DNA of 64,000 bases from Stylophora pistillata (taxonomy: Eukaryota): positions 328,765-392,764 of the forward strand of contig NW_019217998.1 of NCBI RefSeq assembly GCF_002571385.2, given 5' to 3'. The notes under the pieces are model-generated. The model searched no databases. It was given only the letters and a program-made list of their open reading frames with translations, and was not told the origin of the DNA. This document shows positions 24,901-39,900 of this stretch, one piece after another. Numbering within the stretch: the stretch's first letter is position 1; every line of letters begins with the position of its first letter. The position numbers were made by a program, and so were the translations under genes.

Positions 24901-27900
24901 TCGATGCTGAAAAATCCTAGGTCGTTGCCGCTCGCAATAGAATAGGTGAGCTCACTATTGGATCCTGAATCAGGATCATTTGCCTCCAAAGTGATGATTT
25001 CCCCTCCAGCGGTAACAGTCTCGTCGACAAGTTTAGAGTAAAAGTTTTTAAAGAAGGTAGGGATATTGTCATTAACATCCTTCAGACTAATATGAATGGT
25101 GGTCGTTCCAGATTTGCGGTTGCTGGTTGCTTGGTCTGTCGCTGTGACAATAAGACTATATGTACGCTGAACTTCTCGGTCTAAGGCAGCATCGTTGGTT
25201 ATAATACCATTTGCAGAATCTATCATGAACCTTAGATCGTTGTTCCCGTCTGTAATACTGTATACTATCTCTCCGTCTATGCCAAAATCCGCATCGGTAG
25301 CATTTGCATTGTAAATAACGCTTCCCTCTACAATGTCCTCATTAACTATGACTGACACATCAGAGGATGCAAAACTTGGTGCGAATTCGTTCTTGCGAAT
25401 CACGTGCATGATGAGTGTAGTGTTTGAGGAAAGCAACGGTGTCCCAGCATCCTGCGCTCCCACAACCAGAGTGTGCGTCCACGTTGAAAGCTTCCTGTTA
25501 TCCATGTCGAGTGAGGCTTAAGGGTCGAAAACATTAAAATCAGAAACGGCCATGAAGAAGACCAAATTACCAACTAGGTAGGTATTTATTGGAAACAAAC
25601 GGTAATAAGGGTTCATTAAAGCTATTGTAACATTCAATGCTAGATGTATATCCAACATTTACATTTTTGGTTCATTTGATATTCCTCCCGTAAAAAAATG
25701 TCTGTAACTATAAACAGATTAAGGCTACCAATTTTTGCGACATCACGCGCTGTATTAAAAAAAAGTTTCATTACAAAATCTTCAGCGCAAGAGCAACAAA
25801 ACTATTAGGACTGTCCCTCGATAAAGGGGAATATTTAACCCCGGGGGATTCTTTGGAGAGGAATTGGTTATTAAAGAAAAGGGCCGAACCGACAAGAAAT
25901 TGATATTACAATGCAAGCCAAAAGCTGCAGGAAAGAAGCCATTTTCTTACCGTTTAACGTGAGCTTTCCGTTGGAAGAGTTTATACTCCATAACCCATCG
26001 CTAAACTCAGTTGAATTCCTGACCAAGATTGAATACGACACGAGACCATTCAAACCACCATCGGGATCCGAAGCAAGGAATGTAAATACATCTGATCCAA
26101 CAGCTGTGTCTTCATCAACATTCACTTCATACCGAGGCTGAGAAAATGTGGGTGCGTTATCGTTCAAGTCCAACACGCTCACGTACACGGTAAATACCGC
26201 AAACTTCACGTTTCCCTCATGGTCCGAGTCACGCGTGTGGATTGTCAGAGTGTAAGATGGGGAGGTTTCGTAATCGAGTGAAGATATAAGCATCAGTTTT
26301 CCAGTTGATGCATTAAGGGAAAACTTCCCTTCGTCGTTACCTACAAGTACAAATGTTACCATCAAATGGACTTGCTACTCGTAAAAATAGTAAGATTAAT
26401 ACGGAAAATTTTAACATAGATCTTTGTTGTTCGTTCCTTTGTCATATTTTGGGTGATTGAAACTGAAAGGGGACGGAATTTACAATTTCCCGAGTGATAG
26501 ATGATGGAAAATAGCATGTAAGGTAACAAAACCACGTTAATCCTTGACTGGAGCTTGCCTAGATATTTTTGTTGATTGAGGGTAAAAACTTGAGAGAATT
26601 ATACATTTTTAAGCCAAACATTTTGAAGATTTCAAGTGTCTCAGGTCAGAGCTTTTCAACGTAAAGAAAAGTCGAACACAGACTACATATCACGTGGGAA
26701 AATATTCCCTGCTAATGATAAACAGAGTTGCAGAACCAACCCATCCGTTACCGGCTTGAAAAGGTCAAAGGCACTGAGCAAGAAAAGATGTTCAAAGAGA
26801 AAAAAAAGACATAAGCTGAATTGTTTCACTCGTACCCACCTGAGCTAATGACGAAAGTAACCCGTCCCTGCTCCCCATAGTCCTGGTCTGTAGCGTTGAC
26901 ATCAAACACAAAAACTCCATCCCCAGCAGGCTCATTCTCAGCAAAACTGAAGTTAAACGAGGAATTATGTTGAAGCTGCGGTGTGAACTCATTGACAGGC
27001 GCGATGCTGATATTGACTGTAACACTTGTGTTCATACTTGGCGTTCCCATGTCTTTAGCAAGGACAAATAAAGAATGATTGAAATCAGGTGTCGGTTCTT
27101 CATCCAAGTCGACCGAAGCATTTACTTGCACCTCCCCTGAAGTGCTGTTAATGGTGAAAATTCCAGCTTCGTTCCCTGCTATTATAAAATAAAGGACTTT
27201 GCTGTTTAAGCCTTCATCAGGATCGTGAGCATTGAGTGCGATCACGACGTCACCGGTAGCTGCATCCTCCTTGACAGTAGTGGCAATTGATGGGTTGTTA
27301 AATGAAGGAGCATTGTCATTAATATCAGAGATAGTAACTACTACCTGTCCGTCTGTGAAGCGCACCTTTTCAGCAACGGCACCGTCGGATGCTCGCACGG
27401 TGAGCGTAAAAACGGCGGTCGTCTCACGGTCAAGCTCTTCGATGGTTGTGATAACTCCAGTCGAGCTGTCGATAGAAAATTTGTTCCCAGTGTTCCCAGC
27501 AACTATAGAGAATGAAATATCTCCTTGAGAACCAGAATCTTGATCAGTTGCGGTAACCGTGATGACGGTCGTGCCATTGGAAGTGTCCTCCGAGATAGAT
27601 GCGCTGTAGGAACCATTATCAGGGTCAAATATGGGTGAGTAGTCGTTGACATAACGAACTTCGAAGGGCTGGGAGTTAACCTGGATAACCAAACAAGCAT
27701 GTAAATTTAAATTAATTAGTTGCGCGAGCAACTAGTTTCAAATTTATATTCCTTCAATCATGAATTAAAGCCGATAAATTCACTAACAGATATTGACAAT
27801 CAAGTTCTCCAAGACAGAAAAACGCTCGAATGTTTTTTCATAACACTGAGAAAATATCGGGACCCAAACGATCCATTAAGATCACCGATCACTTCACGTG

Positions 27901-30900
27901 CCCCTCTGCCAATGTAATCTATGGCATAACTTGCACTTATTGCAAAAATATTTACATCGGCGAAACAGGCAGAAGACTAGGTGACCGATTCCGAGAACAC
28001 CTTCGCGACGAGGAGAGGAATGACAAGAACATATCGAAGCCAGTCGCTTGACATTTCAATTTACCTAATCATTCTAAGCAACATATAGCAATCTGCGGTC
28101 TTTCCTTACACTTAGGTAGCACGGAAAGCCGTAAAACTCTTGAACAAAAGCTCATCTTTCAAACCGGCAGTCTAAATCCCACAGGTATCAACGAACGCTT
28201 TTCATTCCACTAATTTATTCGTATTTTTCTCGTTGCCATGTTCCCGCCAATAAAGTAGCTCCATTTTCTGCCTTTAAAAGCACACAAAACCCACAATTCC
28301 TCTATTCGCTCCGACGAAGGGCTAACGCTCGAAACGTCAGCTTTTATAATCGTAACGGTGGCCAATTTACCATTTCAACTTTGTTGATATAATCAAATTG
28401 TTTTTTAATATGTTGACATGGATGTAAACAGGAAAATCTTAAATTACCTGTCTTTACCTCGCCTAACAAACTATAGCCAAACCTAGATGATTGAAATACG
28501 TTTAATTTCATTGCCACTCTCAGACTAATGGTTCATATTACAGTTCCTTTCAGTGATAACTATTGCCTGTGAGGAAGCAATTGTTCGTTGTCATTGATGC
28601 TCTCATTTTTTTTGGCAATCATTTTTCAGTTGTTACCTTGAGTCTCTGGGAAATCTTGTTATTTATTTTTCTCGAGTTGTTAGTGACCCGTACATTATAA
28701 ATTCACAAGCATACTACTACATACCACGTGGCCTTGGTTGGACTCGAATACCAGCTCATATCCAATGCCATAGAAAGAAACAGACAGGTTCTTAAACTCC
28801 ACTCTCTCTTCCTCCACTGTAACATTTAACACTCCACTTAATGTTCCATTTAAATCAGATGGTTTGAGCGAAGCAGAAATAGACCAGTAACCTTTCAGTG
28901 GGTTTCCACGCATGCGCGTACCAAGGTCTCTTACTTCCACAACTGGGGGAACTCCAAATATTTCTGATTGATTAGCTTTGTCGGGCTGTGTAATGACTTC
29001 TAGGTAGAATTCTCGCGCACTTATGTTGAAAGTCTCTGAGGTTACGGATAGACTTGAATAGGAAGAGACTGGTTCTGTGATAACGGTGAACTTCATTTGA
29101 CGCTCTTGAGCCACGTCGAAGAAACGCAAATCTTGAAATTCCACGCGCCCATTGGTTTCAACTGGAAATAAAGTAGTACCGTTGACTACAGAGTTCTTAG
29201 CACCGACCATTGTGGCATTTATCGACCAAGTTCTCCCTCTCCAACCGATGTTATCTACCAGCGAGTCTGGATATGCATTCCTTATCTCTACAATCGGCTG
29301 ACTGCCACAGATCACTGTGTCATTACAATCACCAGGTTGTTGCGCAATTTTGAGATAAAGCATTCTCTCAGATACATTAAATGCCGTGGAATTGCCAATA
29401 AAGGCATAGCTTGAGGCCGGATCAGTCTTGACCTCAAGTGCTAGGATGTAGTTTATTCCAGAGATGTCGATGCTGAGGTTTGAAAACGAGGCTACACCTT
29501 CGACAAAGTCTACTTCAGCTGTACCATTTACATGTCCATTGTTATCCGCAGGATTAGCCAGTGAGGCAGTGAACAACCAACGACGTCCTTTCCAGCCAGT
29601 GTTGTCCACAATTTTACCGTTCGCTGAATCTCGAACCTCAATTCTGGGCTGCTGTCCAAAACTGACTGTTTCGTTCGCGTCTTCGGGTTGGGTGGTTACA
29701 GTAAAATACATGATTCTTTCTTTGACCTCAAATGACTGCGAAGTAGCGTTAAAGCGAGAAGCTGCTGGTTTGTTGACATAGAAGAATAATTTGTAGTCAG
29801 AACCGTTGTGAGTGATACTTAAATCGGTGAAATTCGCCCATCCATTAACCAGTGTCACAGTCACATTTCCTTCTAACACCGCCATGGAGTCCCCGGTGTC
29901 ATTCTGTATGGTTGCCATGACAGTCCACTTACTAAGCGAACCGTGCCCTAAGGTAGTTACTAACTTGCCATCAACGTCCACAAGTTTGAGTTTGGGCTGT
30001 GCAGTGAACGGTACAGTCTCGTTCCCGCCACTCGGCTCAGTCACCACCTCCAATCTAGAGGGAATAAGGAAGCTGAACACGTTACTTGCTTCTTCTGCCT
30101 CCTTCTCAGCTTGGACTTCGTCATACCGAAGGGTAGAGTTGCCTGTTACGTTCTGTTGATCTGAAAGACAAACACATTATTTATTGACGTAACTGGCCCG
30201 TGTCATACTCGTCTAGATAAGCTTGTAACTTTAAATTGAAGAAGTTGTGATGAGGCCACTGTTGGACAGTTTTGGACGAGACTAATTTTTCAGAATTAAC
30301 TGAAATGCTCCAGAAAAATTTCGTTACTGGAGATGTTAGAATCTAAGAAACCTTTCATTTAGCTGCGTCAGAGTGCAACCCAGGTGACACCGAAATGTGA
30401 TACCATAAAATTAACAAATAGTAAACACCACAGCGTACACTATTGAGTTATGGATGCACGCGTGAGGTTGCTAAGCACGAAAGCGACTCTAGCTTCTTGA
30501 TTGCTTAGCAAACCTCCCAAGTGCATCCATAACTCAATGGTGTACGCTGTGGTGTTTACCTTTGTTTTATAACATAACATTGATACATTGTAGCAAAAGA
30601 GTTCCCTTTTATTTAAAAAATCTTACGTGACCATAAAAAACAAGCGCGCGCGGAAAAATAGTCTTTGCATTTGCTCACGTCAGCAGCGTACACCCATGGG
30701 TAAATGGGGGACGCTAAATTGACCAATCAGAGCGCGCGCCTTACTTTGGTTATGTTATATATTGGCTTCCGAAAAAGATGTGTTAATAACAGGCAATAAA
30801 GAAGACTTACAAGTTTCGTTGGTAGCTCGAACACCTCCGGTCGGGTCAACAGGCTCAGGGATTGGGTCCGCTATGGACAGCGATACGATTTCAGTGTTGA

Positions 30901-33900
30901 GTTGCTGCGCAAGTTGCCCTGTCTGCACATTCTCCACTACTGAGTCTCCAATCTCTTTAAGCTCATCATAGGAGGTAGTCTTGTTAACTCCTGCAAGAGT
31001 GATTATGCAAAACATTATATATAACAAAGTACTAGTCGGTTTCAGTCTGAATGGATAATAAATAAGACTTTCACTGGGACCCACACCGTGTCAAACACAG
31101 GAGTCTTAATAAGAGGAATAAGGCTTTTACGATTGACCCCCTTGGTGATTTGAAGATGCATAGGTAAGATCTCGAGTTAAAAGGAATGCAGCAATGCATA
31201 GTCTATTCGTAGCATGAGTTAAGGCAAAGCTCTTGTCTTTTGAATGACATGCCAGAAAGATAATACAGGATTTTCTGGAACGAAAATCAGTAATCAGTAA
31301 TCAAAGTTTAATGTTTTTACGTGGGACATGGTTACCCATATTGTCCGAGCCAAAGGCTCATGTATGAAACGCAAGACAACAACCCACCCACCCAACCCTA
31401 GGGGAGGACATCCATCACACAGTAATCTCGTGCGTGGGAAATTAACGTCTCCTACCCCTAACCCTGCAGGAGAGGGGACCTCCATTTATTCGTCCCTATC
31501 CGAGAAGATAAACCTTTTGTGGCGACCAAAGCCTCTCCCTTTCATCTTCACGTTAGCTTCAGTTTCATAGATCCAAAACAGGTAATCTCACAACATCACA
31601 TGACATTTCTAGGGTACGGCCGGGTACTACCCTGAGCAAAAACAGATGATAACTACTAAGAAAAGGTTTGCAGAAGATAAAAGAGGGTACTGAGGGTACT
31701 GATGGTACTGATGAAAATATTTCCATACCTGATGAAAATATTTCCATACCTGTGTAGTTCGATGAAGTATTTGAAGCCTGAGGAGGATCAGCAATCTCAA
31801 TTTCCACGGAAACGTCACCAGCGGATCGACGCCGTCTCCGACCGCTACCGTCGGCACTAACAATGTTCACCACTCGGATAAGGGATTTGTCGATACCCAG
31901 CAGGTCAGCCAGGTTATTCACAAGGTTCACTTTGAAAAAGTCATCAATGGAAACAGCCTTCATTCCAATTTGTACCTATAAATGGAAATTTGAGGTTAAA
32001 AAAAGTTTCAAACACTGTTATAAGCGAGTCAAACTTTTGACTCCTGAGCTCTGATTGGTAACTCGTGACTCGAGGTGTGAGACATGTTCTCAAAAATTAC
32101 TTTAAGGAGTTTGGTGCTGTTTAATGTAAAGCCCTACAGCATGAAAAATGTATTTGTATTTATAACCTGTTTGCTACATGATATAGGGTAATTGTGAAAA
32201 AGTACGTTCAAATCTTCTCCGACAGTTAGAGAATGAAAGTCGTTGCGTGCTAATCAAACGGTTTAGTTGGAATTCATCTGCGACCACGAACACCCTAAAC
32301 GATGATGCCTTCACAGTAGGGTACTAGACTTTCTAGCGATACCATCTCCTATTCATTTGGTTTGATTTTAGTGTAAAGTTCCTGTTGAAAACTGCCTGCG
32401 GATCACATCAACTACATTTTAGGCCATGGAACTATCATACTATGACGTTAAAAAATGGTTTCACACTGCCACTGTGGCACTCTTGTAATAACATTTCAGC
32501 CTTCGAAAAACGTTTTACTTTGTGGTGTAAGCATTTTCGACCAATTCAGCGTGATTTTTTATGACTACGCTGACGAAAATGAACTCTCTCAGGGTATTAT
32601 ATTTGTTACCTTAACGACACGCATGACTATGATGTCCACCGGGTTGGAACCGCGCAAAACGACAAATAAAGTTGCACGTTCACGATCGAAATAATTAGCA
32701 CCACTAACACTGGTCAGCGGTGGTTCAAAGTAGTCGTCAGGAGCACCCGCGGGCTTGTCAATTAAAGTGAATTCTGATCCTTGGAGCCTTGCGTTTGTTG
32801 GATTTATAAATATTCCTAGAGGGTAAAGTAAACTCAAATAAACACCAACACTCAAGGGGTTAACGTTTTCCTGTAAGTGTGAGCTTTCTTTCTTTCCTCT
32901 GCTAGTCTGTCTGGCTTTCTTCTCACCTACAATCGTTGTGTTTGTTCGTGCGCCCGTTTTTTAAATTCGTCCCGTCGTACTTTTGATCGTTTGTTCGTTC
33001 CTCAAATAGGCACAAAGAGACTGGCAGACACACAAGACTGCAAACAGATCTATTACGACGATACAAATCGCTAAACACTGTCAATCAAAATCACGCAAAT
33101 AGCAGATAAACTTGTTCTTACTTGGGAGAGGTTCGAGCGATCATAAGTTAAGAACCAAAAAAAGTGTTGACATTCGGTTTTTTTTTCTCGTTTTTCAAGC
33201 GAAATTTTATGTACGAAAATGCCGTGTTTGGGCTTATATTCCAGTAAATGGAATAAATGTCGACCGATTATACCTTCTCTGTACACATCCTGCCTCTGAG
33301 GTCTTTGATAGAATATACCAACACGGACCGCATCTGTGGGATCACTGTTTAACATATGAAGCCTGAGTTTTTGGGGCTCATTACTGGTAAAATAAAGAGA
33401 GTAGTTTGTTCCAGTCGCCACTATCCCGTAAAATGTTGAAATCCTTTCTTGGCACGTGTATCCCAGGCACCAACCGTGGTCCATGGGCCCATTAAGAAGA
33501 TTGACATAACCATTTGCAATCAGAGCAACTGGTGACAATCGTCTGGTCTCAGTGTCAGCATCTAAACTCTCAATAACTAACATCCTGTAATCAATGTCGT
33601 TACACTTGTACGCATTCCAGTTACCATACCACGAGCACATGCTATGACCAGGTGTGCCGCGAACAATTCCCTTCTCTGGAGCAACGACCGACATGTCAAG
33701 TCTAGTACCATCGGGTAACGTCGTGGCAGGTTTCGGAACGCGGTAATCACCTGTACGATATGTGAAACTCGTAATTAATACAAAACAAAGCCGCCATGAA
33801 CTGGCGACGAGAGCCAAATGTATTTAATGTCGACGTGCATAATTAGCTTTCTGCCCCCAAAAAGCAAGTGGTATATTTGTGACATACCCAATCCGTATCG

Positions 33901-36900
33901 CTTGTCTCCGCCCCACTCGAACTCGGCCTTTGCGAGCACCGAGCCCCCAACAGCGCCTGTCAAAGAACCATCGAGATCTCGGATAAGGATTTGCCTCCTG
34001 GCGTCGCAGTCCATATCCACGCAGTCGGATGGGTTGACCCACTGAGGTGTTGGCACGTTCAAGAGCAGCTTAGATTCTTCGTCAACTGATACAAAATGTA
34101 ATCCTAGAAGATAAAGAAATCAGTTGTCAATAAGTTGAACCTTTGACACAACGATGTGATATGATGGTGTAGCTCAGAACAAGACTTTTCGAAGAAATGA
34201 AGTGTCTTTCAGTGAGGAGGAAATTCCAAAACAAGAGTTTGCAAGGATACCAACGTGGCAGTAGGGAGGCAAGAACAACTGAAATGGAAAATGGATGGTT
34301 AATGATCTTAACTGACAGATTTAAATAGGTTGGGAAAACTACTTTGTGATGTGTAACCTGTTACGTGGCTGTTCTAACTCTACGCTTTGAATGTTTCACT
34401 CCCTTTTCTTTTAACCCCTACCGTAAGTCTTGAAGCGTTAGCCACATGTAAGCAGGTGTAGGTGAAGGTAATTGTAATTTAAATATAGCCTGTTGTAATG
34501 AAACATCTTTTCAGCAATCCTACTATTCCCCAATTTTTCCTCATTCATTCGTAGTCTACTAATATATTCATACCAAGTGAGTGAGATCGAGACGCATTCG
34601 TCGCTTTTTGGAAAATTATGCATTGAACGAGACAAACCTCGCACATCCATGGGATGTATAATGTCGCCAATCCACTCGTTAGACATGATAGCGTGATGTC
34701 TCTTCCCACAAGTCTCTTGAAAACCAAAGAAGGTCACCTCGTGATAAAGAGTGTAGCCATTAATTGCTGAATAATCATGAGGGCTCTCCCACGTCATAAT
34801 CGGCCCAGGTGCAGGGAGTGAGCTAAATTGCGATATAGTTATTCCAATTTTACCGTCTGACAGGAAATAAAATAACAGCGTTGTTAATGAATGTGAAGGT
34901 TCTAAGTTCCTCTATACATTTCTCAACGTGTGACATCTACCGGCCGGATGTAAACGCGACATAAATGATCCAATATTTTTGTGCTGCCCAAGGGCTTGAA
35001 TGAGCAGTCACGAAGTCATACTCTTTATTACCTTCAGCTACGTCAAATAGTACGTGTCATGATACGTTTTTAGAAAAGGAATGTGAAACTGGGTCCTGAC
35101 ACTTGACCCTTAGTGTTTGCCATTTGAAGTTATAATAGGTGAAGTTAGGAAACAACTTCAATGAAAAGTTTTAGGATTATTTCAAGAACGATGGAGTTTC
35201 AAGGTAGATGCAAGGTATAAGCATTGTATTTAAGTAAGCCACACATACCTTCCGGTGTCTTTTGAATTTTAATCGAGTTATATGGTTGCCTGGCGTATGG
35301 TAAGATGCTATCATGCTCACAGTCGTAACCAGGACTCGTGCCCACGATGAGCGTGTTCCTCACAATAACGTATTTGTCAGCAGTCTGATGCGACAGGGCA
35401 TGCGGACCCCACACATTCGGTAACATACCAACTGTATTCTCCACGGATATGACGTTATCTATTATAACACTGGGCTCGCCGTAAAGGAAGATACCATAGT
35501 CGTAGTTTCTCCAAGTCAGGTAACCAGAAAGCATGGAACACCCTGGAATTCCTCCTTTGTAAGGAAAATGCATTCCATGCCAAGCACCGTGAACTTCGTT
35601 CCCAACAGATACCCCTGGGCCGTCTGAACACTTCTCGCCACCAATTTTAAACCCAAAACGTTCACTCCCAGCCACTGTGTTGTTAATCAAGATAACTTCC
35701 TTGGCTTCGTACACTTCTATTGCTCCTGGCCAGTGCAGATTTGATTTATCCTTTCGTCCGTTGTATGTATGTATTGAGATAGAATAAACTGCCAGATTTC
35801 GTAATAAACTAACAAAGCTGCCAGTGACTCTTATTGAAGGGCCCACTGTGTGGTGGACAATATTGTCCTCAATGTTCAAGTTATTCGTTCCGAGCACACC
35901 AATACCAGTGTTGAAACCGTCGTGGAATGAATTCCCACGGACATATGAAGTATTTCCTTCCACGTCACCGGTATCGAGGAACGCTAAAGCAAATCTAAAA
36001 CAGAGGAATGATTTGTAACCTGTGAGGTTCTGACTTACAAGTAGAACACACTCGCAATTTCAAAGAAAGGAGGTGATCGATTAAAAACCGGGGGGGGTAA
36101 CTATCACGGGTTTACGTGCTTTTCTCTCGTGGACTGTTGTATTAAGTTTGAACCTATTGAAGACCATAGTTTTCTTCGTACATTTTACTTTGCATTGGAA
36201 ATGTATTCAATTAGGCCTTGAATAACATGCCCCTATATCATTCCTTCTGAAAAAGGAACTTTAAGGGGATAAGGAAAAGGATAACAACTTTCTTGTTTTG
36301 TTTTGTTATGTTCTTTTTTTCCTCTCTGCTTCTCTTTCATATTAAGTTACCCTCCATGAACTGTTCTTTCTAATTTTCCCCTCTCCTTTTTCTACTCTCT
36401 TTTCTAAATTCTGGGGTTACGCAAAAGACGCAAATGTATAAATCTCACTTATCTACATTATAGATAGTTTAAAGCTTTTTAACAAATTGACAGAGGTTTA
36501 GCGTGAGTCCACAAAATTTTGACCATTGCGATGACGAATATCGTTGTCGATAAGAATACAGGCCACGCAGTTTGTTTTTTGTTTGTTTGTTTTTTTTGAC
36601 CGCAATATGGACATTATATAAAGCAATTCTTTCAGTGATTAAAGCATTGCGTAACATGTTGACGCGAGCAGCGTTGTCTGTACTCTTATCGACATTGGCA
36701 AACTAACCAATCAGATTGTGACATTACTGTCCATTGAGAGAAAAAAACTGATTTTCTACCTAGGATCGTAATCATCAATCCAGCCCTCCTGTCCACAGCG
36801 GTTGAACTCGACATTTTCAATCCTGGCACTGCCCTTAAATTCAATTCCCTCAATTGACGTTCGGCCAATCAGAACTCTGCATCCAAAAGATTGGTCCCAA

Positions 36901-39900
36901 GCTCCAGTTGGGTAGTCTGCTCCCTCCACCAAGATATTTCTGGTTAACAGTCCCACTTCTGCCGCCAAAGTATAAGTCCAATTACCGGCCGTGTGAGTCA
37001 CGGCAATATGTTTATACTGAAGAGCTTTGTCTAGAGTCAAATTTCTCCTGTTTTGTGTAATGGCCGTTATAAAGAACTTTTCTGTTTGCTGTGGCTCAAC
37101 TGTAGTCGATGTAATGACAATTTCGTCGCCAATATTCCAATCAACGGTCTCGGATAGTAGTACCGAATGGTCTCCAGCTTCAGCAGTAACAGCTAAATGA
37201 GTCCAATACACTTTTCTTGGCCGCCCGTGCATCCACAGGAATCCAAACACGCCAAGGGCCTTGCTTCCAACATTAACATCCCGCAAAGGTAGGTCCTCAC
37301 TATACACGTTGCCCTGGAGGCTGATCATAAAATTCGATAGATAAGGCTGATCCGGCCATCCTACGATCAATCCTCCGGCAACAAAGATAATAGAAGCATT
37401 CAGGACCATACCTGGTCTGTCATCTATCTCAAGTGTTCCATATATGAACAGTTGGTTTAAATATGGCAATTCTATGTCTGCCACCATGTACCAGTGAGTC
37501 TGTATCATAACGTCACTCCCATTGGTTGGTAACCTTCGTCCATAACCCCCATACATAGGTTCAGTGCCATCCCAGTCATCCACGTTGGACCAAAGCTGGA
37601 CTTTTGCAGGTCTTCCTTTAGGAGGGGGAGGTGGTACCGGAACAATACATTTCTCATAAAAGCAACGATATACTCGCAGCGTGACATCTCGGGGTTCGAT
37701 GTTGTTATTTGGTGTGCGAGGAGCATCCCTGCCGGAGGCAATGTATGTGAACTCCTTAGTCTCGTTTACGAAACTCCAGTTACCGTGTTGAGCGTTAGCC
37801 GGTGGAGTGACGTCGGTTTTGTTTTGATAAGCTCCAGTGGTGGTGAAATGATCAGGCGTTTGCACCAACCAGTGCTTTATCCAGATATGGTCATTTTCTT
37901 CCATGTCGTAAAACTTACCGCTGTAGGTGATGTTTGTTAGCTGCCAAGCATTTTCAAAAGTGATGTTGTACTCTTCTCCAAGTATCAAGAGCGTGACCCA
38001 GCCTTGAGGATGTGTCGAGCACTTAATGCAGAAAGGCACCACGTCCATCCCATGTCTGTTTTCCAACAAAACGTTTTTGCTTATGAGGGATTCTGGCGCA
38101 ACCTCATTAAAAGCAAATCTCCTAAATTTCACAGTTGAGTCGCAGACACTTCCATTGTGAGGACCGTAGCTATCCTGGGGAGAATAGAAACAATGGTCTG
38201 GTGGTAGATTCGCGTTTAGTGGCACGAGGCTGCCGTTTGGATATCCAGTCAGAGTGCCATCTAGATCGACTATGACCGACTCATGACTCCAGAGGAAGGC
38301 ACTTCGGCGTGGGGAGTTCACAAAACGATTTTTCATGGTGTACGTGGTCCATCCGCCTTTCTTTTTAAACTCCACACACTGAGCGCAAGCACTGTAACAG
38401 GTACAGCCTTCTTGGTCGAAGTTCACGAAGGTGACGTTTTCAACAACGAGTTTGGAGAACTGTGGTAATTTTATGCCGGAGGTCGTACAAAGTGTGTTGC
38501 TCCGTATTTTCAAATCCAGGCCTTCACTCACCTGGCTGTGACCAACGATAAGCGCATTTTTAATTCTAGGACCCCCCCTCGGAGCATCTTTGGTATCGGC
38601 AAATACGTATTCAATTCCAGCGATATCATTATCGAGCATTTTAAAGTCGTGCATTTGAACTGCTCCTATTTTCACGGCTTCTGCCCCACGCATGTTGTTG
38701 TAGGCGATAAAAGAGCCAAACACAGCAGGCTTAGTAATAATTGATCCACAGCTTCCTCCTTCCATGGGATGATAAACCGGAAAAATCCACAACCCATAGC
38801 GTCCAAACGAATGAGCAGAGTTGTTGAAAAATTCGAGCATGAAGACATTCCTCGGGCAGTAATCCGGTCTAAAAGACGGGCCGTCTGGGTGCTCAAACAT
38901 CTGGTACCAAAACCCGAAATGGCTTCCTCCTGCGGCTGCATTATGACGCACCGTGTTGTTGGCATTTGTTACCCAGTAAGTTGCTGGAGTTATGTCGACA
39001 TTTAGTGCAGATGTAGAGGCGATGACAAATATACCCAAATTGTATTCGACCACGTTACCAGTTTCTATGCCGTCCTCCATGAAGAAGCAATTCCCGCGGA
39101 CATTGAACACAACATTATGGCTAACATGAAGGTTATGAATGCCATGCATTGTTATAGCACGGTTGAAGCTGTGATGTATTGCGCAGCCGCGGACATATGA
39201 ACCTGAGACGTCGCCACTGAGATGAAAATGTATCGGATAACGACCAAGACGGAATGCCTGTCCTGCATTCGAGATTTCTACATAACTAAACCTTGCTGTC
39301 ACCAAGTTCTTACTTTCCTCAGGAGCATGAATCATGATGGTTACACCAAATTCATCGCTTCCAACTTCTTCGCCAAATTTTCCTTGGAAGCAAGTCTGGG
39401 TCTGAAATTGTCCTGGTCTAAACTCGTCTTCGCACGCTTCGATTTTCTCTGTCCATGCGCTGTGCACTGAGCCTCGCACCCTCACGTTTCGCGTCAGTAA
39501 ACCCACCTCTGCGCGCGTCTCCACTTTATGAATACCATCGAACGTCTGGATTATAGAAATCTGTTTGTACTTCAGCGGTGGCGAGACTTCTAAGGTGTAA
39601 TTATCGTTGAGAACGGCTGTGATGGTAAGCTCTTCAAACTCTCGCTGCGATTTTCCAGTTGGTGCCAGAATGATGCGATCACCTGGTTTCCAAGAGACCT
39701 GTTTGACAAGATGTAGCTGAGTTGCGTTAACCTCCGCCGTTGAGCTTAGATGTGTCCACGTGATTGGGACATGTAGCCCATGAAGATCAAGCTTTCCCTC
39801 GCGTAGCGCAATGCTCTTGGTGCCAAACACAGGAATCTCTCTTGAACGAACATGGCCGTGCAGAGTGATAAGTGCCTGGCCGGGAAATGGGTCATCTTCA

